DNA of 64,000 nt from Verrucomicrobiota bacterium (GTDB taxonomy: Bacteria; Verrucomicrobiota; Verrucomicrobiia; Opitutales; Seribacteraceae), in assembly GCA_027622665.1 (NCBI GenBank), contig JAQBYT010000005.1, forward strand, positions 1 through 64,000, read 5' to 3'. Below the pieces are notes generated by a model that saw only the letters and a program-made list of their open reading frames with translations, was not told the DNA's origin and ran no database searches. Below, in pieces: positions 9,355 to 19,712 of the stretch. Every line of letters starts with the position of its first letter. Position 1 is the stretch's first letter. A program made the position numbers and the translations under genes.

Positions 9355-10680
9355 TCAGTCCTGTTCCTTTGTCGAGATTTCTTCGGATGAACCCTTGTCG
9401 AAGAAGGCAAAGAAAAAGATTCCCGCGACTACCAAGGCCATGAAGGATGGAAACATCCAAAATGTTTTCCAGTTAGCCATCGCGTCTTGCGCCAGTGTGC
9501 CCGATGCATCCGGCTTTTCGGCAAGTAACATTTTCCCAAACGATTCCCAAAAGCCGAAAGACGGACTCTCGATGGCTCCGTCAAGGGCGTTAGAGCTTTC
9601 TTTAACTGCTTCAAATTTTGCCCCGGCGATTTTGTAGCCAAAGAACATTCCTATGCCCTGAGTAAAAAACACGAGAAGGGCCTGGGCCTGACTCCTGACT
9701 TCCTTTGGGGCTTTTTTGTCTGTGTACATGAAACCGGTGACAAAGAAAAAGTCGTAACAGATTCCATGGAGAACAACTCCAAGAAGAATCATCCACACAA
9801 CCTGATCGGGAGCACCAAAAGCAAATAACAGATAACGGGCTACCCAAGCGAGCATTCCGACCAAGATCATAATTTTAACCCCAAATTTGCGGAAGAAAAA
9901 CGGGACTAGAAGCATGAAGAAAATTTCCGACACTTGGCCTAAGGCCATGGTGGAGGCCGGGGCTTGGAATCCGATCTGTGGAAGATAGACTGCAGTGTAG
10001 GCGAAGTAATACGCCAGAGGTACGCAGATTAATGCCGAGCAAATAATGAACACGAGGAAGGAAGGGTTTCCCAGCATCTTGAAGGCATCAAACATAAGCA
10101 GTGTGCCAACATTCACCGGTTTCCCCTTTGCGGGAGGTGGAGTCTTGGGCAGAAAAAAGCAGAGAACTCCAAGAGCGATTGCCGAAAAGGCCCCAAGAGT
10201 GAAGATTTTTGGGCTGTTGGACATTCCCAACCCACCGACCACCAACCCGGCTGCAATCCATCCAATCGTTCCCCATACGCGTAGGGCCGGAAACTTGTTG
10301 CGGTCATCAATATTCGAGAAAGCCACTGTATTGCTGAGTGCCAGAGTGGGCATGTAGCAAAGCATGTGCAGGGTGATTATCCAGCTCAGTTTGCCCCCTT
10401 GTCCCTCAGCGATCAAAGAAGGCGCCAGAAGCAATAGGCCGCCCCCAATTAGATGCAGTACGCCCATGGTTTTTTCGCAGTTGAAAAAACGATCTGAAAT
10501 CAAGCCTAGAAATAAAGGTGCTATAATCGCGGCGATTGGCACGGCGGCATAAGCTTCACCTATGACACCGCTCATCCCATTGCTTGATAGGGCCAAACTA
10601 AGAGTGGTGAACCAAGTCCCCCATACAAATAGTTGAAGGAACATCATGACGCTAAGGCGGAGACGTATATTTGAATTCAT
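9355..10680 (-). CDS. MFS nucleoside:H+ symporter family permease (NupG/YegT-like)
   Basis: LSVMMFLQLFVWG, RVWGTIGW, LHGICYDFFFV; many TM segments. Confidence 0.9.
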   Translation of the reverse strand: MNSNIRLRLSVMMFLQLFVWGTWFTTLSLALSSNGMSGVIGEAYAAVPIAAIIAPLFLGLISDRFFNCEKTMGVLHLIGGGLLLLAPSLIAEGQGGKLSWIITLHMLCYMPTLALSNTVAFSNIDDRNKFPALRVWGTIGWIAAGLVVGGLGMSNSPKIFTLGAFSAIALGVLCFFLPKTPPPAKGKPVNVGTLLMFDAFKMLGNPSFLVFIICSALICVPLAYYFAYTAVYLPQIGFQAPASTMALGQVSEIFFMLLVPFFFRKFGVKIMILVGMLAWVARYLLFAFGAPDQVVWMILLGVVLHGICYDFFFVTGFMYTDKKAPKEVRSQAQALLVFFTQGIGMFFGYKIAGAKFEAVKESSNALDGAIESPSFGFWESFGKMLLAEKPDASGTLAQDAMANWKTFWMFPSFMALVVAGIFFFAFFDKGSSEEISTKEQD

Positions 10681-10772
10681 GGGAGGAGGAGGGTTAGCTA
10701 GACGGATTTTTCTATAGAGAGATTGTTGCAGTTATTCAGTCACTATGTCGAGCCTTTGCACGCCACTGGGGT

Positions 10773-11849
10773 TCACTTGCCAGGCAAGATGATGGTGCGT
10801 TTTTCCTCGGCGGATCGTAGCGCTGCATCGACGAGGCGTTGGCCGATTCGGCAAATTGCAGGGTTTAGTGGGCCTTCAACGGGAGCATCGTTAGCTAGGC
10901 AGTGGATGAAGTATTGGATTGGATTCTCAAAGGTTTTCGACAGGTCGTCGGCCGGTAGGTCTTGCCCTTCCGGACAATTCTCGGTTTGAACGCGGATTGT
11001 GGATTCCTTGTCGTAACTGGAAATGGTGCCTTTGGTTCCTTTCAAGACAAAGCCGCACTTGGGTTGAGGTTGATGAATCCATGGGTCGGTGAAGGTTCCC
11101 CATCGGGTTTCGTATTTGGAGAGACCCACGTCGTAACGAACGATAGTCATGCTGTGCTCGTCCACCTCGAGTCCGTTGGGCAGATCGGTCACGGTGGTTA
11201 CCTCCAAGGGCTTGTTGTCGCCGTGATACCAAGTGCCGAGGGTCACGCCGTAGCCCAAGTAATCAAGGAGCGAGCCTCCTCCGCGATCCTTTTTATAAAA
11301 CCAGCTATTGGCTTTTTCTTTCTGCGTTGGATTTACTTCCACCTTGTCCGCCAGGTGGTACAGAGGTCCACGGTTGCCATCGTAGTAATGCACCTCGGTC
11401 AATTTCCCTATGAGGCCTTCGTTGAGCATGCGATGAGCCGTGACGTGAGAGGGATGCCATCTCATGGGCCAGTTAATGGCGAGTTTCCTGCCCGTTGCTT
11501 CTAATGCCGCGATCATGCGATCGGCTTCCGCGAGAGAGGCGGCAAAAGGTTTCTCGACCAACACGTTCACGCCGTAGGGCGCCACCTTCTCCGTCCAGTC
11601 TCCGTGTTCGGCGGTGGCGGGACAGAGGATGACAAAATCAGGCTGGGTTTTTTCGAGACAAGCTCTGTAGTCAGTAAAGACATGTTCCGTTGGAATGCCA
11701 AAATTGTTGGCGCTGGCTTGCATTCTGGACTCTTGCTCGTCGCAAATGCCCACGATTTCAGCGCTGGGATGCTCTTGGACCATCCGTAAGAGGTCTCCCA
11801 TGTGCATGTGGTCGAAGTTTATCCCCGCTACTTTCCAGATCTTGCTCAT
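10773..11849 (-). CDS. Gfo/Idh/MocA oxidoreductase
   Basis: VEKPFA motif, GGGSLLDY; start at MSKIWK. Confidence 0.9.
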   Translation of the reverse strand: MSKIWKVAGINFDHMHMGDLLRMVQEHPSAEIVGICDEQESRMQASANNFGIPTEHVFTDYRACLEKTQPDFVILCPATAEHGDWTEKVAPYGVNVLVEKPFAASLAEADRMIAALEATGRKLAINWPMRWHPSHVTAHRMLNEGLIGKLTEVHYYDGNRGPLYHLADKVEVNPTQKEKANSWFYKKDRGGGSLLDYLGYGVTLGTWYHGDNKPLEVTTVTDLPNGLEVDEHSMTIVRYDVGLSKYETRWGTFTDPWIHQPQPKCGFVLKGTKGTISSYDKESTIRVQTENCPEGQDLPADDLSKTFENPIQYFIHCLANDAPVEGPLNPAICRIGQRLVDAALRSAEEKRTIILPGK

Positions 11850-12099
11850 TATTGCCTGCGGCCCGCGATCCACATGTTAATCATGATGTCGATGAATAGT
11901 TCTTTCAAAGTTTTTGTGGATAGGAATCACATAAGGTAAGGAGCAGGATGTGACAGCGCAATCCAAAGACAGAATTACCCCAAAGTAGAGTTTTCGTTTG
12001 CAATGGTTTGCTAGTCCTACCTAGTTTTGATTCCTTTCCCATCCTTGAGGGAAATCCTTATTCCAAACTTTCTTCCCTACACAACCTATCGGTATACTT

Positions 12100-15000
12100 A
12101 TGATAAAGAAAACAATATTGATTTCGGTCGCCCTAAGCATGGCTTTCGGAGCGTTTGCCAAAGACAAAAAGGTCGTATTCGTGGCCGGGGCCAAGAGTCA
12201 TGGTTACTTTTCACACGAACATATTGCCGGGAGCAAGCTGCTTGCCAAGCATTTGGACGCCGCCAAGATTGGCCTCAAGTCGGTTGTGGTGACAGACAAC
12301 GGTTATCCCAAAGACCCTAGTGTATTTGACGATGCCGCTGCAGTGGTTGTCTACTGCGATGGTGGCGGGAGGCATTTGTTGAACAGCCACTTGAAAGAGT
12401 TTGACAAGATAATGAAGCGAGGAGTTGGGTTGGCTTGCCTTCACTATGGAGTGGAGGTGCCTAAAGGCCCTCCTGGCGAGCACTTCCTAAAGTGGATCGG
12501 AGGCTACTTCGAGGCACACTGGTCCGTAAACCCCCACTGGACGGCCGACTTCAAGTTGTTTCCCAACCACCCGATCAGTTCCGGAGTCAAGCCTTTCGCC
12601 ATCAATGACGAGTGGTACTACCACATGCGATTTCGCGAAAACATGAAAGGTGTTACGCCGATTCTTTCGGCCATGCCCAGTGCCGACACGCTCAAGCGTG
12701 GGGACGGTGCCCACAGCGGCAACCCGCATGTGCGAGAGGCCGTTCTTAAGCGCAAGGAAGCCCAGCATGTTGCGTGGGCCTATCAGCGCGGCAAGGACTA
12801 TAGCGATGGGCGTGGCTTCGGCTTTACAGGGGGACACAATCACGTCAATTGGGGCTCAGATGACTTCCGTCGCCTCACCCTTAATGCCATCGCTTGGATT
12901 GCCAAAGTCGATATCGCCAAAAGTGGTGTTTCAGCCGGTGAAGTAAGTGTCGGCGATCTTCAGTCTAATCAAGACTACTCCCCGCGCGGTTGGGCTCCCG
13001 GCCAAATCTCGGAAAAGCTTAAAGAATTCAACGGGAAAGCCCCCAAGGGCGCCTCCTTGTCGCCTAAAAAGGCTTCTCCTGGGACGGGGAAAGTAAAACC
13101 TCTTTTCACTAGCAAGGCGGTGACGAAGAATACCTTAGGTCATGCAGTTGATATTTCCGTAGACCTGAAGGGTGCCAAGGAGTTGCACTTATTCGTAAGT
13201 GACGCCGACAACGGTTTTGCTTGTGACTGGGCGGATTGGGTGAACCCGAGACTGGTGGATTCGAGTGGTAAGGAAACTAAACTTACCTCCATGAAATGGA
13301 ATTCTTCTTCCGCAGGTTTTGGTAGTGTGAAGCTTAACCAAAACGCTAATGGCGAAGACATGAAAGTCGACGGCAAATTGGTAGAGGGCATAGGAACCCA
13401 TGCCGATTCGTTAATTAGTTACAAATTGCCGATAAACCACCAGTTTACTCGATTTCTGGCCAAGGGAGCTTTGGACGATGGCGGTGTCAATCAAGGGGCC
13501 TGCGGGAATCAAGCTAGCGTGCAGTTTCAAGTATTTGCCCAAAAGCCCACTTTTGCCGGTGCTTCAGTATCCGGCCCCAAAGGTTCCGGTGGTCGTGTCG
13601 GCGATCAAGGTGATCCTGCCCATGCGGTTGAAAATCTCTATGTTCATGAAGAAGTTAAAGCTACCCTTTTCGCGAGCGAACCCATGATCTTGAGTCCCTC
13701 CGCCATCGACATCGATCATCGTGGTCGCATTTGGGTCTGCGAAGTGACTAACTATCGTAGGCATAAGAACAAGCGAGCCGAGGGTGACCGTATCCTTATC
13801 CTGGAGGACACGGACGGCGACAACAAGGCGGACAAGGTAAAGACTTTTTATCAAGGCCGTGACATCGATTCTGCCCATGGCGTTAGTGTTTTCGGGGACA
13901 AGGTAGTGGTAACGGTGGGAGACCGCGTGATCGTATTCACCGACAAGAACGGGGACGACAAGCCCGATTCCAAGGCCAATCTTTTTACCGGCATATCCGG
14001 CTCCCAGCACGATCATGGCATACACGCCATTCACTTTGGTCCTGACGGTAAGTTTTACTTTAACTTCGGCAACGCTGGACGGCAGATCAAGGATAAGGAT
14101 GGCAAACCTATCGTCGACAAAGCCGGCAACGAGGTGAACGACCGTCGGAAACCCTATCAGGAGGGCATGGTTTTCCGTTGTAACGAAGATGGTTCGGATT
14201 TCGAGACTCTCGGCTGGAACTTCCGCAACAACTGGGAAGTTGCGGTGGATAGCTTTGGTTCCGTCTGGCAGTCCGACAACGATGACGACGGCAACCGCGG
14301 TGTTCGCATCAACTATGTGATGGAGTTTGGCAACTACGGTTATCGCGGGGAATTTACCGGTAAAGGTTGGCGCGATAAGCGTACCAACATCGAAAAGGAG
14401 GTTCCTCTGCGACACTGGCACTTGAACGATCCTGGTGTCATGCCCAACTTACTCCAAACAGGTGCAGGTTCACCTACTGGAATTATCGTATACGAGGGGT
14501 TGCTCTTGCCCAAAGTCTTTCAAGGTCAAGTCATCCATTGTGATGCCGGGCCCAGCGTTGTGCGAGCATACCCTGCGACCAAGAACGGAGCCGGTTACTC
14601 CGCAGAAGTCGTTGACGTCCTCAATGGTGCTCAACGCGACAAATGGTTCCGACCATCTGACGTGGTTACCGCACCCGATGGTTCCTTGATTGCCGCCGAT
14701 TGGTATGACCCCGGGGTCGGAGGGCACAACATGCAAGATCTGGATCGCGGACGCCTTTTTCTTGTGGCTCCCGAAGGCCACAAGTACCAAGCGTCGAAAG
14801 TCGATGTTGCGAGTGTCGATGGCGCCATTGCCGCTCTCAAGAGCCCAAACGAGGCTACGCGCTATCTCGCTTGGCACGCCCTGCATAAACAGGGCATAAA
14901 AGCCGAGAACTCTCTTCAGAAGCTTTTTGCCGATTCCAATCCACGTTATCGTGCTCGAGCACTTTGGCTTCTTGGCAAGACCAAGGGGCGTGGTCAGCAT

Positions 15001-15498
15001 TACGTCGACCTTGCTATCAAGGACAGCGATTCGGATATACGCATCGTGGGACTCCGACTGGCTCGACAGTTAAGTGACGTGGACGCACTCAAGGTGGTCG
15101 AGAATTTAGTTGGCGACAAGTCCGCTCAAGTCCGTCGCGAGTGCGCCATTGCGCTGCGCCACACAAAAACGGATCAAGCAGCCAAGCTTTGGGCTGAGCT
15201 TGCGAGCCGTCATGATGGCGAAGATCGTTGGTATCTCGAAGCACTCGGCCTTTCCTCCGACTTGAATGCGGACGCCTGTTTCGCCGCATGGCTCGCCAAG
15301 GTGGGCGACAAGTGGAACACCTCTCCCGGTCGGGACATCATATGGCGAGTGCGCTCAAAAGCCGCCCCAAGTTACTTGGCAAAGATTCTCAAAGACGAGA
15401 AGACTCCTGCCGAAAGCCATCCACGCTACGTTCGCGCGTTGGATTTCCATTCAGGTCCTGAAAAGGACAAGGCGTTGGAAGCACTGTTGGACATCTAA
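12100..15498 (+). CDS. Secreted multidomain PVC-type dehydrogenase-like protein (ThuA-like + NPCBM + glucose/sorbosone-dehydrogenase-type propeller + HEAT repeats)
   Basis: Signal peptide; DEWYY and RGFGFTGGH (ThuA-like); GIGTHADS and DWADW (NPCBM); LFASEP, RPSD, DWYD (PVC propeller); HEAT-like tail; no CxxCH. Confidence 0.85.
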   Translation: MIKKTILISVALSMAFGAFAKDKKVVFVAGAKSHGYFSHEHIAGSKLLAKHLDAAKIGLKSVVVTDNGYPKDPSVFDDAAAVVVYCDGGGRHLLNSHLKEFDKIMKRGVGLACLHYGVEVPKGPPGEHFLKWIGGYFEAHWSVNPHWTADFKLFPNHPISSGVKPFAINDEWYYHMRFRENMKGVTPILSAMPSADTLKRGDGAHSGNPHVREAVLKRKEAQHVAWAYQRGKDYSDGRGFGFTGGHNHVNWGSDDFRRLTLNAIAWIAKVDIAKSGVSAGEVSVGDLQSNQDYSPRGWAPGQISEKLKEFNGKAPKGASLSPKKASPGTGKVKPLFTSKAVTKNTLGHAVDISVDLKGAKELHLFVSDADNGFACDWADWVNPRLVDSSGKETKLTSMKWNSSSAGFGSVKLNQNANGEDMKVDGKLVEGIGTHADSLISYKLPINHQFTRFLAKGALDDGGVNQGACGNQASVQFQVFAQKPTFAGASVSGPKGSGGRVGDQGDPAHAVENLYVHEEVKATLFASEPMILSPSAIDIDHRGRIWVCEVTNYRRHKNKRAEGDRILILEDTDGDNKADKVKTFYQGRDIDSAHGVSVFGDKVVVTVGDRVIVFTDKNGDDKPDSKANLFTGISGSQHDHGIHAIHFGPDGKFYFNFGNAGRQIKDKDGKPIVDKAGNEVNDRRKPYQEGMVFRCNEDGSDFETLGWNFRNNWEVAVDSFGSVWQSDNDDDGNRGVRINYVMEFGNYGYRGEFTGKGWRDKRTNIEKEVPLRHWHLNDPGVMPNLLQTGAGSPTGIIVYEGLLLPKVFQGQVIHCDAGPSVVRAYPATKNGAGYSAEVVDVLNGAQRDKWFRPSDVVTAPDGSLIAADWYDPGVGGHNMQDLDRGRLFLVAPEGHKYQASKVDVASVDGAIAALKSPNEATRYLAWHALHKQGIKAENSLQKLFADSNPRYRARALWLLGKTKGRGQHYVDLAIKDSDSDIRIVGLRLARQLSDVDALKVVENLVGDKSAQVRRECAIALRHTKTDQAAKLWAELASRHDGEDRWYLEALGLSSDLNADACFAAWLAKVGDKWNTSPGRDIIWRVRSKAAPSYLAKILKDEKTPAESHPRYVRALDFHSGPEKDKALEALLDI

Positions 15499-15578
15499 GA
15501 TTCTTTTGGAACAGCTGTTTGCGACAATGGCCCGCTAGCATGGCGGTGCATTTTATTTAAGGTGAATTCATTCCTTCG

Positions 15579-16517
15579 ATGATGAAAAACATCCTCGCGA
15601 ACTTACTGTTTGCCCTTTTTGTAAACATTTCCTTTGCCGAGGAAGAGGCTTCGCCGAAGGATCGTCTTATTGTGGAGACGCTCACGCGCCTTGAGCGTTT
15701 CGACGTTTCGGGAAACGAAAAGTGGAAGGGGGCCGTAGAACGTTACGCTCGTTCTTTGCGCGGCAAAGAGGGTTACTTCGAACTAGTCGATCAATTTTCA
15801 GTCAAGGCCGAGGCTTCAGCGTTGATTCAGTCCGTCCAAAAGAATCCTTCCGCAGAGGATGCCGCCAAGGCGGTGCAGCTGCTTTTTCGTCTGGATAAGA
15901 AACAGAGCATCGTCAATGCACTGGCTGCCGGGCCTAAGGATAAGGCGGATGTCATCGCCAAGCTTGTTGGTTTCATTCAAACTCCCGAAGCGAAGAAACT
16001 GCTTGCGGAATTTAGAGCTACAAACAAGCCAGCCTCGACCGTTGCTGCTGCGGCCCCGGCACTACTGGCAACACCCGAAGATATTGCGTTGCTGGCCAAA
16101 CGGAAAGGTGACCCCGTTTCGGGAAAGGCTGTCTTTCAAAAATTGTGCTTTGCATGCCACAAGGCCGGGGATGTGGGCATCGATTTTGGGCCCGGCTTAT
16201 CTGAAATCGGGAGCAAGCTTCCAAAGACCGAACTTTATCTGGCCATCGTCAAGCCAAACGCAGGGGTCAGTTTCGACTATGAAGGTTGGATTGTTCACAC
16301 CAATCAGGGCGGAGTACTTGCCGGTATCGTGACTGAAAGCGATAAAGAACTTACCATCCGCATGGTTGGCGGCGTCACTCAAAAGGTGAAAAAGTCGGAT
16401 GTTGCGAAACGGGAAAAGATGAAAGCCTCTCTCATGCCGGAGGGTTTGCATCTCGCGATGTCGGAAAAAGAACTGGTGGATTTAGTCGAATTCCTTTCGA
16501 GCCTAAAGGCGAATTAG
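15579..16517 (+). CDS. c-type cytochrome, PVC haem-binding domain
   Basis: Signal peptide; GDPVSGKAVF..CFACH; GPGLS; SLMPEGL. Confidence 0.9.
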   Translation: MMKNILANLLFALFVNISFAEEEASPKDRLIVETLTRLERFDVSGNEKWKGAVERYARSLRGKEGYFELVDQFSVKAEASALIQSVQKNPSAEDAAKAVQLLFRLDKKQSIVNALAAGPKDKADVIAKLVGFIQTPEAKKLLAEFRATNKPASTVAAAAPALLATPEDIALLAKRKGDPVSGKAVFQKLCFACHKAGDVGIDFGPGLSEIGSKLPKTELYLAIVKPNAGVSFDYEGWIVHTNQGGVLAGIVTESDKELTIRMVGGVTQKVKKSDVAKREKMKASLMPEGLHLAMSEKELVDLVEFLSSLKAN

Positions 16518-16576
16518 AGTTTGTTTTGGATTTTTTGCCGCTTGCGCATATTGGCTTTGAGCGGTTCTTTAGAATC

Positions 16577-17419
16577 ATGCTCAATCTTCAAACACTCAAG
16601 ATCGAACCTTTCACTGAGCATCTTGCCAGTGGGTATGAGGCTACCTTTGGCTCTCTCCATCCTGAATACGTCGATTTTCTTCGTATGGCCTCCTCGCTTT
16701 CTCTCGAGAATATCGCTAACGGCGATATGCTCTACCACAATGTCGATCATACGATTATGGTTACGATGGTGGGTCTTGAAATCATTCGAGGGAAGCACCT
16801 CTTCGAAGGGCGTGTAAGTGCGGAGGATGCCCTCAATTACCTCTTGGCCTTACTTTGCCACGATATTGGTTACGTCAAATGGGCCTGCGAGCGAGACGAC
16901 GGAAATCACTTTGAAGTAGGAGAAGACGAACTGCTTGAACTTCCTGATTCCGGCACTTGTGCCATACTTACGCCGCATCATGTTGCTCGCGGTAAAATTT
17001 TTGTGCACGAACGTTTTAATTCTTATTCATTCTTGGATCTCGAGCTTGTGTCAGCGTGCATTGAGCGTACGCGTTTTCCGGTTCCCGACAAAGCAGTTTA
17101 CCAAAACAGCACCGATTTGCCGGGTTTGGCTCGTGCAGCTGATTTCATCGGCCAGTTGGGCGATCCCGAATACCTTCACAAGATACCGGCCCTTTATTAC
17201 GAATTCGAGGAATTGGGAGCCAACCGGAAACTAGGTTGCGAAAACCCTGGAGATTTGCGACGAGGTTATGCGAAGTTCTTTTGGGATGTGGCTCATCAGT
17301 ATCTTGGACATGCCGTTCGTTTGCTACGGATGACGCAGGAGGGCAAGACTTGGGTCAGCCGTCTTCATTCCCATGTTTTCCAGTGCGAGCATTTTCTTGT
17401 TAAAGCTGAGGATGAATGA
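16577..17419 (+). CDS. HD-domain metal-dependent phosphohydrolase
   Basis: YHNVDHT, LCHDIGY, RAADFIGQLGDP. Confidence 0.85.
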   Translation: MLNLQTLKIEPFTEHLASGYEATFGSLHPEYVDFLRMASSLSLENIANGDMLYHNVDHTIMVTMVGLEIIRGKHLFEGRVSAEDALNYLLALLCHDIGYVKWACERDDGNHFEVGEDELLELPDSGTCAILTPHHVARGKIFVHERFNSYSFLDLELVSACIERTRFPVPDKAVYQNSTDLPGLARAADFIGQLGDPEYLHKIPALYYEFEELGANRKLGCENPGDLRRGYAKFFWDVAHQYLGHAVRLLRMTQEGKTWVSRLHSHVFQCEHFLVKAEDE

Positions 17420-17466
17420 AACTGCCTAGTTTGACTTTCTCCTAACCTGAAACTATCCCATCAATC

Positions 17467-17967
17467 ATGGGCTATTTAAAATCAACTTTGTCGATAACCT
17501 CGATCTTTATCTATTTGGCTTTTGCTTTCGGAGCTTCGGCCCTGCACGGGAAGTCTGAGCCCAGTTCTCACAATCAGCTTGTTCAGAAGCTGAAAATAAT
17601 CGTCATCCCCGAGGTGAAATTCGTTGAAGCTCCCTTGCCTGAAGTTCTCACCTTTCTAAGTGCGGCTGCCCGTAAGCATGACCCTCAATCCGCCGACAAT
17701 CCACGACTTGCAGGTGTAAATATTGTTTTGCTTACCCGGGAGAATCCTCCGCCGACAGTTACCCTTAACACTCGAAATCTTACTTTGGGTGTCTTGCTTG
17801 GATTCATAACCGAACTCACAGGCTATACCTACGAGGTGCGCGAACATGCCGTTGTCGTCCGAAAACTTCCGCCCAAGAAAAAGAAACAGTCCGGCGGACC
17901 GCTTCTGGAAACTGAAATTCATGAACTGAGCGAAGGCTTGAAGCGCCGCCTATCGGGTGGTCCCTGA
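17467..17967 (+). CDS. Small secreted protein resembling a secretin N-terminal (STN-like) domain
   Basis: Signal peptide; IPEVKF..LPEVLTFL..GVNIVL..VTL..YEVREHAVVV. Confidence 0.55.
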   Translation: MGYLKSTLSITSIFIYLAFAFGASALHGKSEPSSHNQLVQKLKIIVIPEVKFVEAPLPEVLTFLSAAARKHDPQSADNPRLAGVNIVLLTRENPPPTVTLNTRNLTLGVLLGFITELTGYTYEVREHAVVVRKLPPKKKKQSGGPLLETEIHELSEGLKRRLSGGP

Positions 17968-17997
17968 AGCACTTGCGGTAACAAGGAAGGTAACACC

Positions 17998-18144
17998 TCA
18001 ATTCGCCGCCAGTTTGCTTAGAGTTTCGGCCTAGAGCCAGCGGATAGTCCAGTTGTCGAGTGAGGCGGCATCGATTGAATTGTAAGCTTGGGTCGCAGGT
18101 TCGTTCCAGTCGAGAACAGTCCATTCGAAGCGGGCACAGCCTCG
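17998..18144 (-). pseudogene. GNAT N-acetyltransferase, C-terminal fragment with internal stop
   Basis: Minus strand reads RGCARFEWTVLDWNEPATQAYNSIDAASLDNWTIRWL*AETLSKLAAN* (TAG at 18031-18033); not in the ORF track. Confidence 0.85.
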
Positions 18145-18274
18145 ACAAGGTGCACCACGATACCGATCAGAGAGCAGCTGGAGTCGTATCCCAAGAGGTC
18201 GCATTGCCGACCAGAGGATGTCTTATATTAACTGCCATGCCTATCGATGTCATTGGAGGCGGGTTCCGCCGAAC

Positions 18275-19699
18275 TCATTCGCGGATCGCCTTGGGGTCTC
18301 TGATGTCGTAGCAGATCATCTCGGTGGGAGTGCGGATGAACAGCCGCCCTCTGGAAATCACCGGCATGTTCCAGTCCAGCAGGCCCTTTTGGCTGCGGGG
18401 ACCAGTGTTCTTGAAGTTGTGTACATTCGCGATCCGCCCCTTCACGACATAGGCTTTCGGATTGGCTTCGACGAGGGTCAACGTCTGGTGATTGCGGACG
18501 TAAAGTAGCCCCTCCGCCGCGACAATCGACAGTCCCATTCGGAATCCGGGCTTCGACCATTGAAGTTTCCCAGTCGCCAAGTCCGAACAGCGCAATGAGA
18601 AATCCGCATATCCGGGTTTCCCTCCCAGTGCCCAAGCCTCTTCCCGTTTGTCGATCCAGAACCCGTAAACATAGCCGTCCCAGATGACCGGCGGAGTGAT
18701 CGCTTCATGCACTTCGCCGCCAGTCCACAGTGCTTTCGGCTTGGGGTCTGCTTGTGAAAAATCGCATTCCACCAGCGACATCTGCCAGCCGTTGAGGTTG
18801 TCCAAGTAGAGATTAGTGCCGACTCGCTTGAGTGAGCCACTGGCCCACGCAGGGGCCTCGTTGGGGCCGGAACACTCCCAGTTCCAGAGCTGCTTGCCGT
18901 CCGCGATTCGTAGGATCTTCCACTGGCGATTGCCATGAATCACGACGCAGGCCTGCTTGTTGAATACGATGGGTAGCCCGCTACCGGCGATTAGGCCAGG
19001 TCCGCGACTGTCCGGTGGGCACGCTTCTTCAAACTTCCAAGCGACCTTGCCGGTGCTGGCATTGTAAGCGAACACTTGCATCTTGTCGGTCACCGCCGTC
19101 TTTTCCCAAGCGGGGATGGCGGGGTTCCCTCCTTGCCAGTAGAACATCACGATCTTGTCGCCGATTGGTAAAAGTGAGCCATTGAAGCCCTTCCATTCGA
19201 GGTTTCCGTTTCCTTTCAAGGTTCCATCCAGGTAGGGAGATTCATCTCTGAAGCAGTGCTCCCAGATGATCTTACCGGTCTTGCGTTCAAAGCAGAACCC
19301 ATCCCCGAATGTCCCAACTTCATACACGTAATCGTCGGTGATCGTCGGCGTCGCCCGAACGCCCAGTTTTCCCCATCCGACAGTGTAGACCGGAGGCACT
19401 TCGTAGGTGTGGCTCCATTTCTCTTTCCCCGTGTTGGCGTCGAGGCACTTGACGGTTTCATGCTTCGAATCGTCATCCAACTGCGCGTAGCAGATATCGT
19501 CGCCAGCAACCGACGGATGGTTGGATCCGATCCCTACCGGGATTCTCCACAGCACCTTCGGCCCCTCCTGTGTCCACTGCTTCAACAAGCCCTTTTCATC
19601 CGTGGTGCAATCGCCTTTAGGTCCTGCCCAATGAGGCCAATCCGCCTCCGCTGTACCGACGCATGCCAGCCACATGGCCAATGTTATTCTTAGATTCAT
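18275..19699 (-). CDS. PQQ-binding-like beta-propeller protein
   Basis: Signal peptide, DWPHWAGP, CLDANTGKEKW-type repeats, PVISRGRLFIR; start at MNLRIT. Confidence 0.9.
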   Translation of the reverse strand: MNLRITLAMWLACVGTAEADWPHWAGPKGDCTTDEKGLLKQWTQEGPKVLWRIPVGIGSNHPSVAGDDICYAQLDDDSKHETVKCLDANTGKEKWSHTYEVPPVYTVGWGKLGVRATPTITDDYVYEVGTFGDGFCFERKTGKIIWEHCFRDESPYLDGTLKGNGNLEWKGFNGSLLPIGDKIVMFYWQGGNPAIPAWEKTAVTDKMQVFAYNASTGKVAWKFEEACPPDSRGPGLIAGSGLPIVFNKQACVVIHGNRQWKILRIADGKQLWNWECSGPNEAPAWASGSLKRVGTNLYLDNLNGWQMSLVECDFSQADPKPKALWTGGEVHEAITPPVIWDGYVYGFWIDKREEAWALGGKPGYADFSLRCSDLATGKLQWSKPGFRMGLSIVAAEGLLYVRNHQTLTLVEANPKAYVVKGRIANVHNFKNTGPRSQKGLLDWNMPVISRGRLFIRTPTEMICYDIRDPKAIRE

Positions 19700-19712
19700 G
19701 GGTTGCTTTTTG

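Noticed and set aside
11910..11935. CRP-like site TGTGG-N7-TCACA
   Set aside because: Wrong spacing plus a mismatch
13564..14421. 285-aa minus-strand ORF
   Set aside because: Antisense to the PVC dehydrogenase; codon-bias artefact
17816..18148. 110-aa minus-strand ORF
   Set aside because: Wrong frame; the meaningful translation is the GNAT C-terminal fragment in another frame
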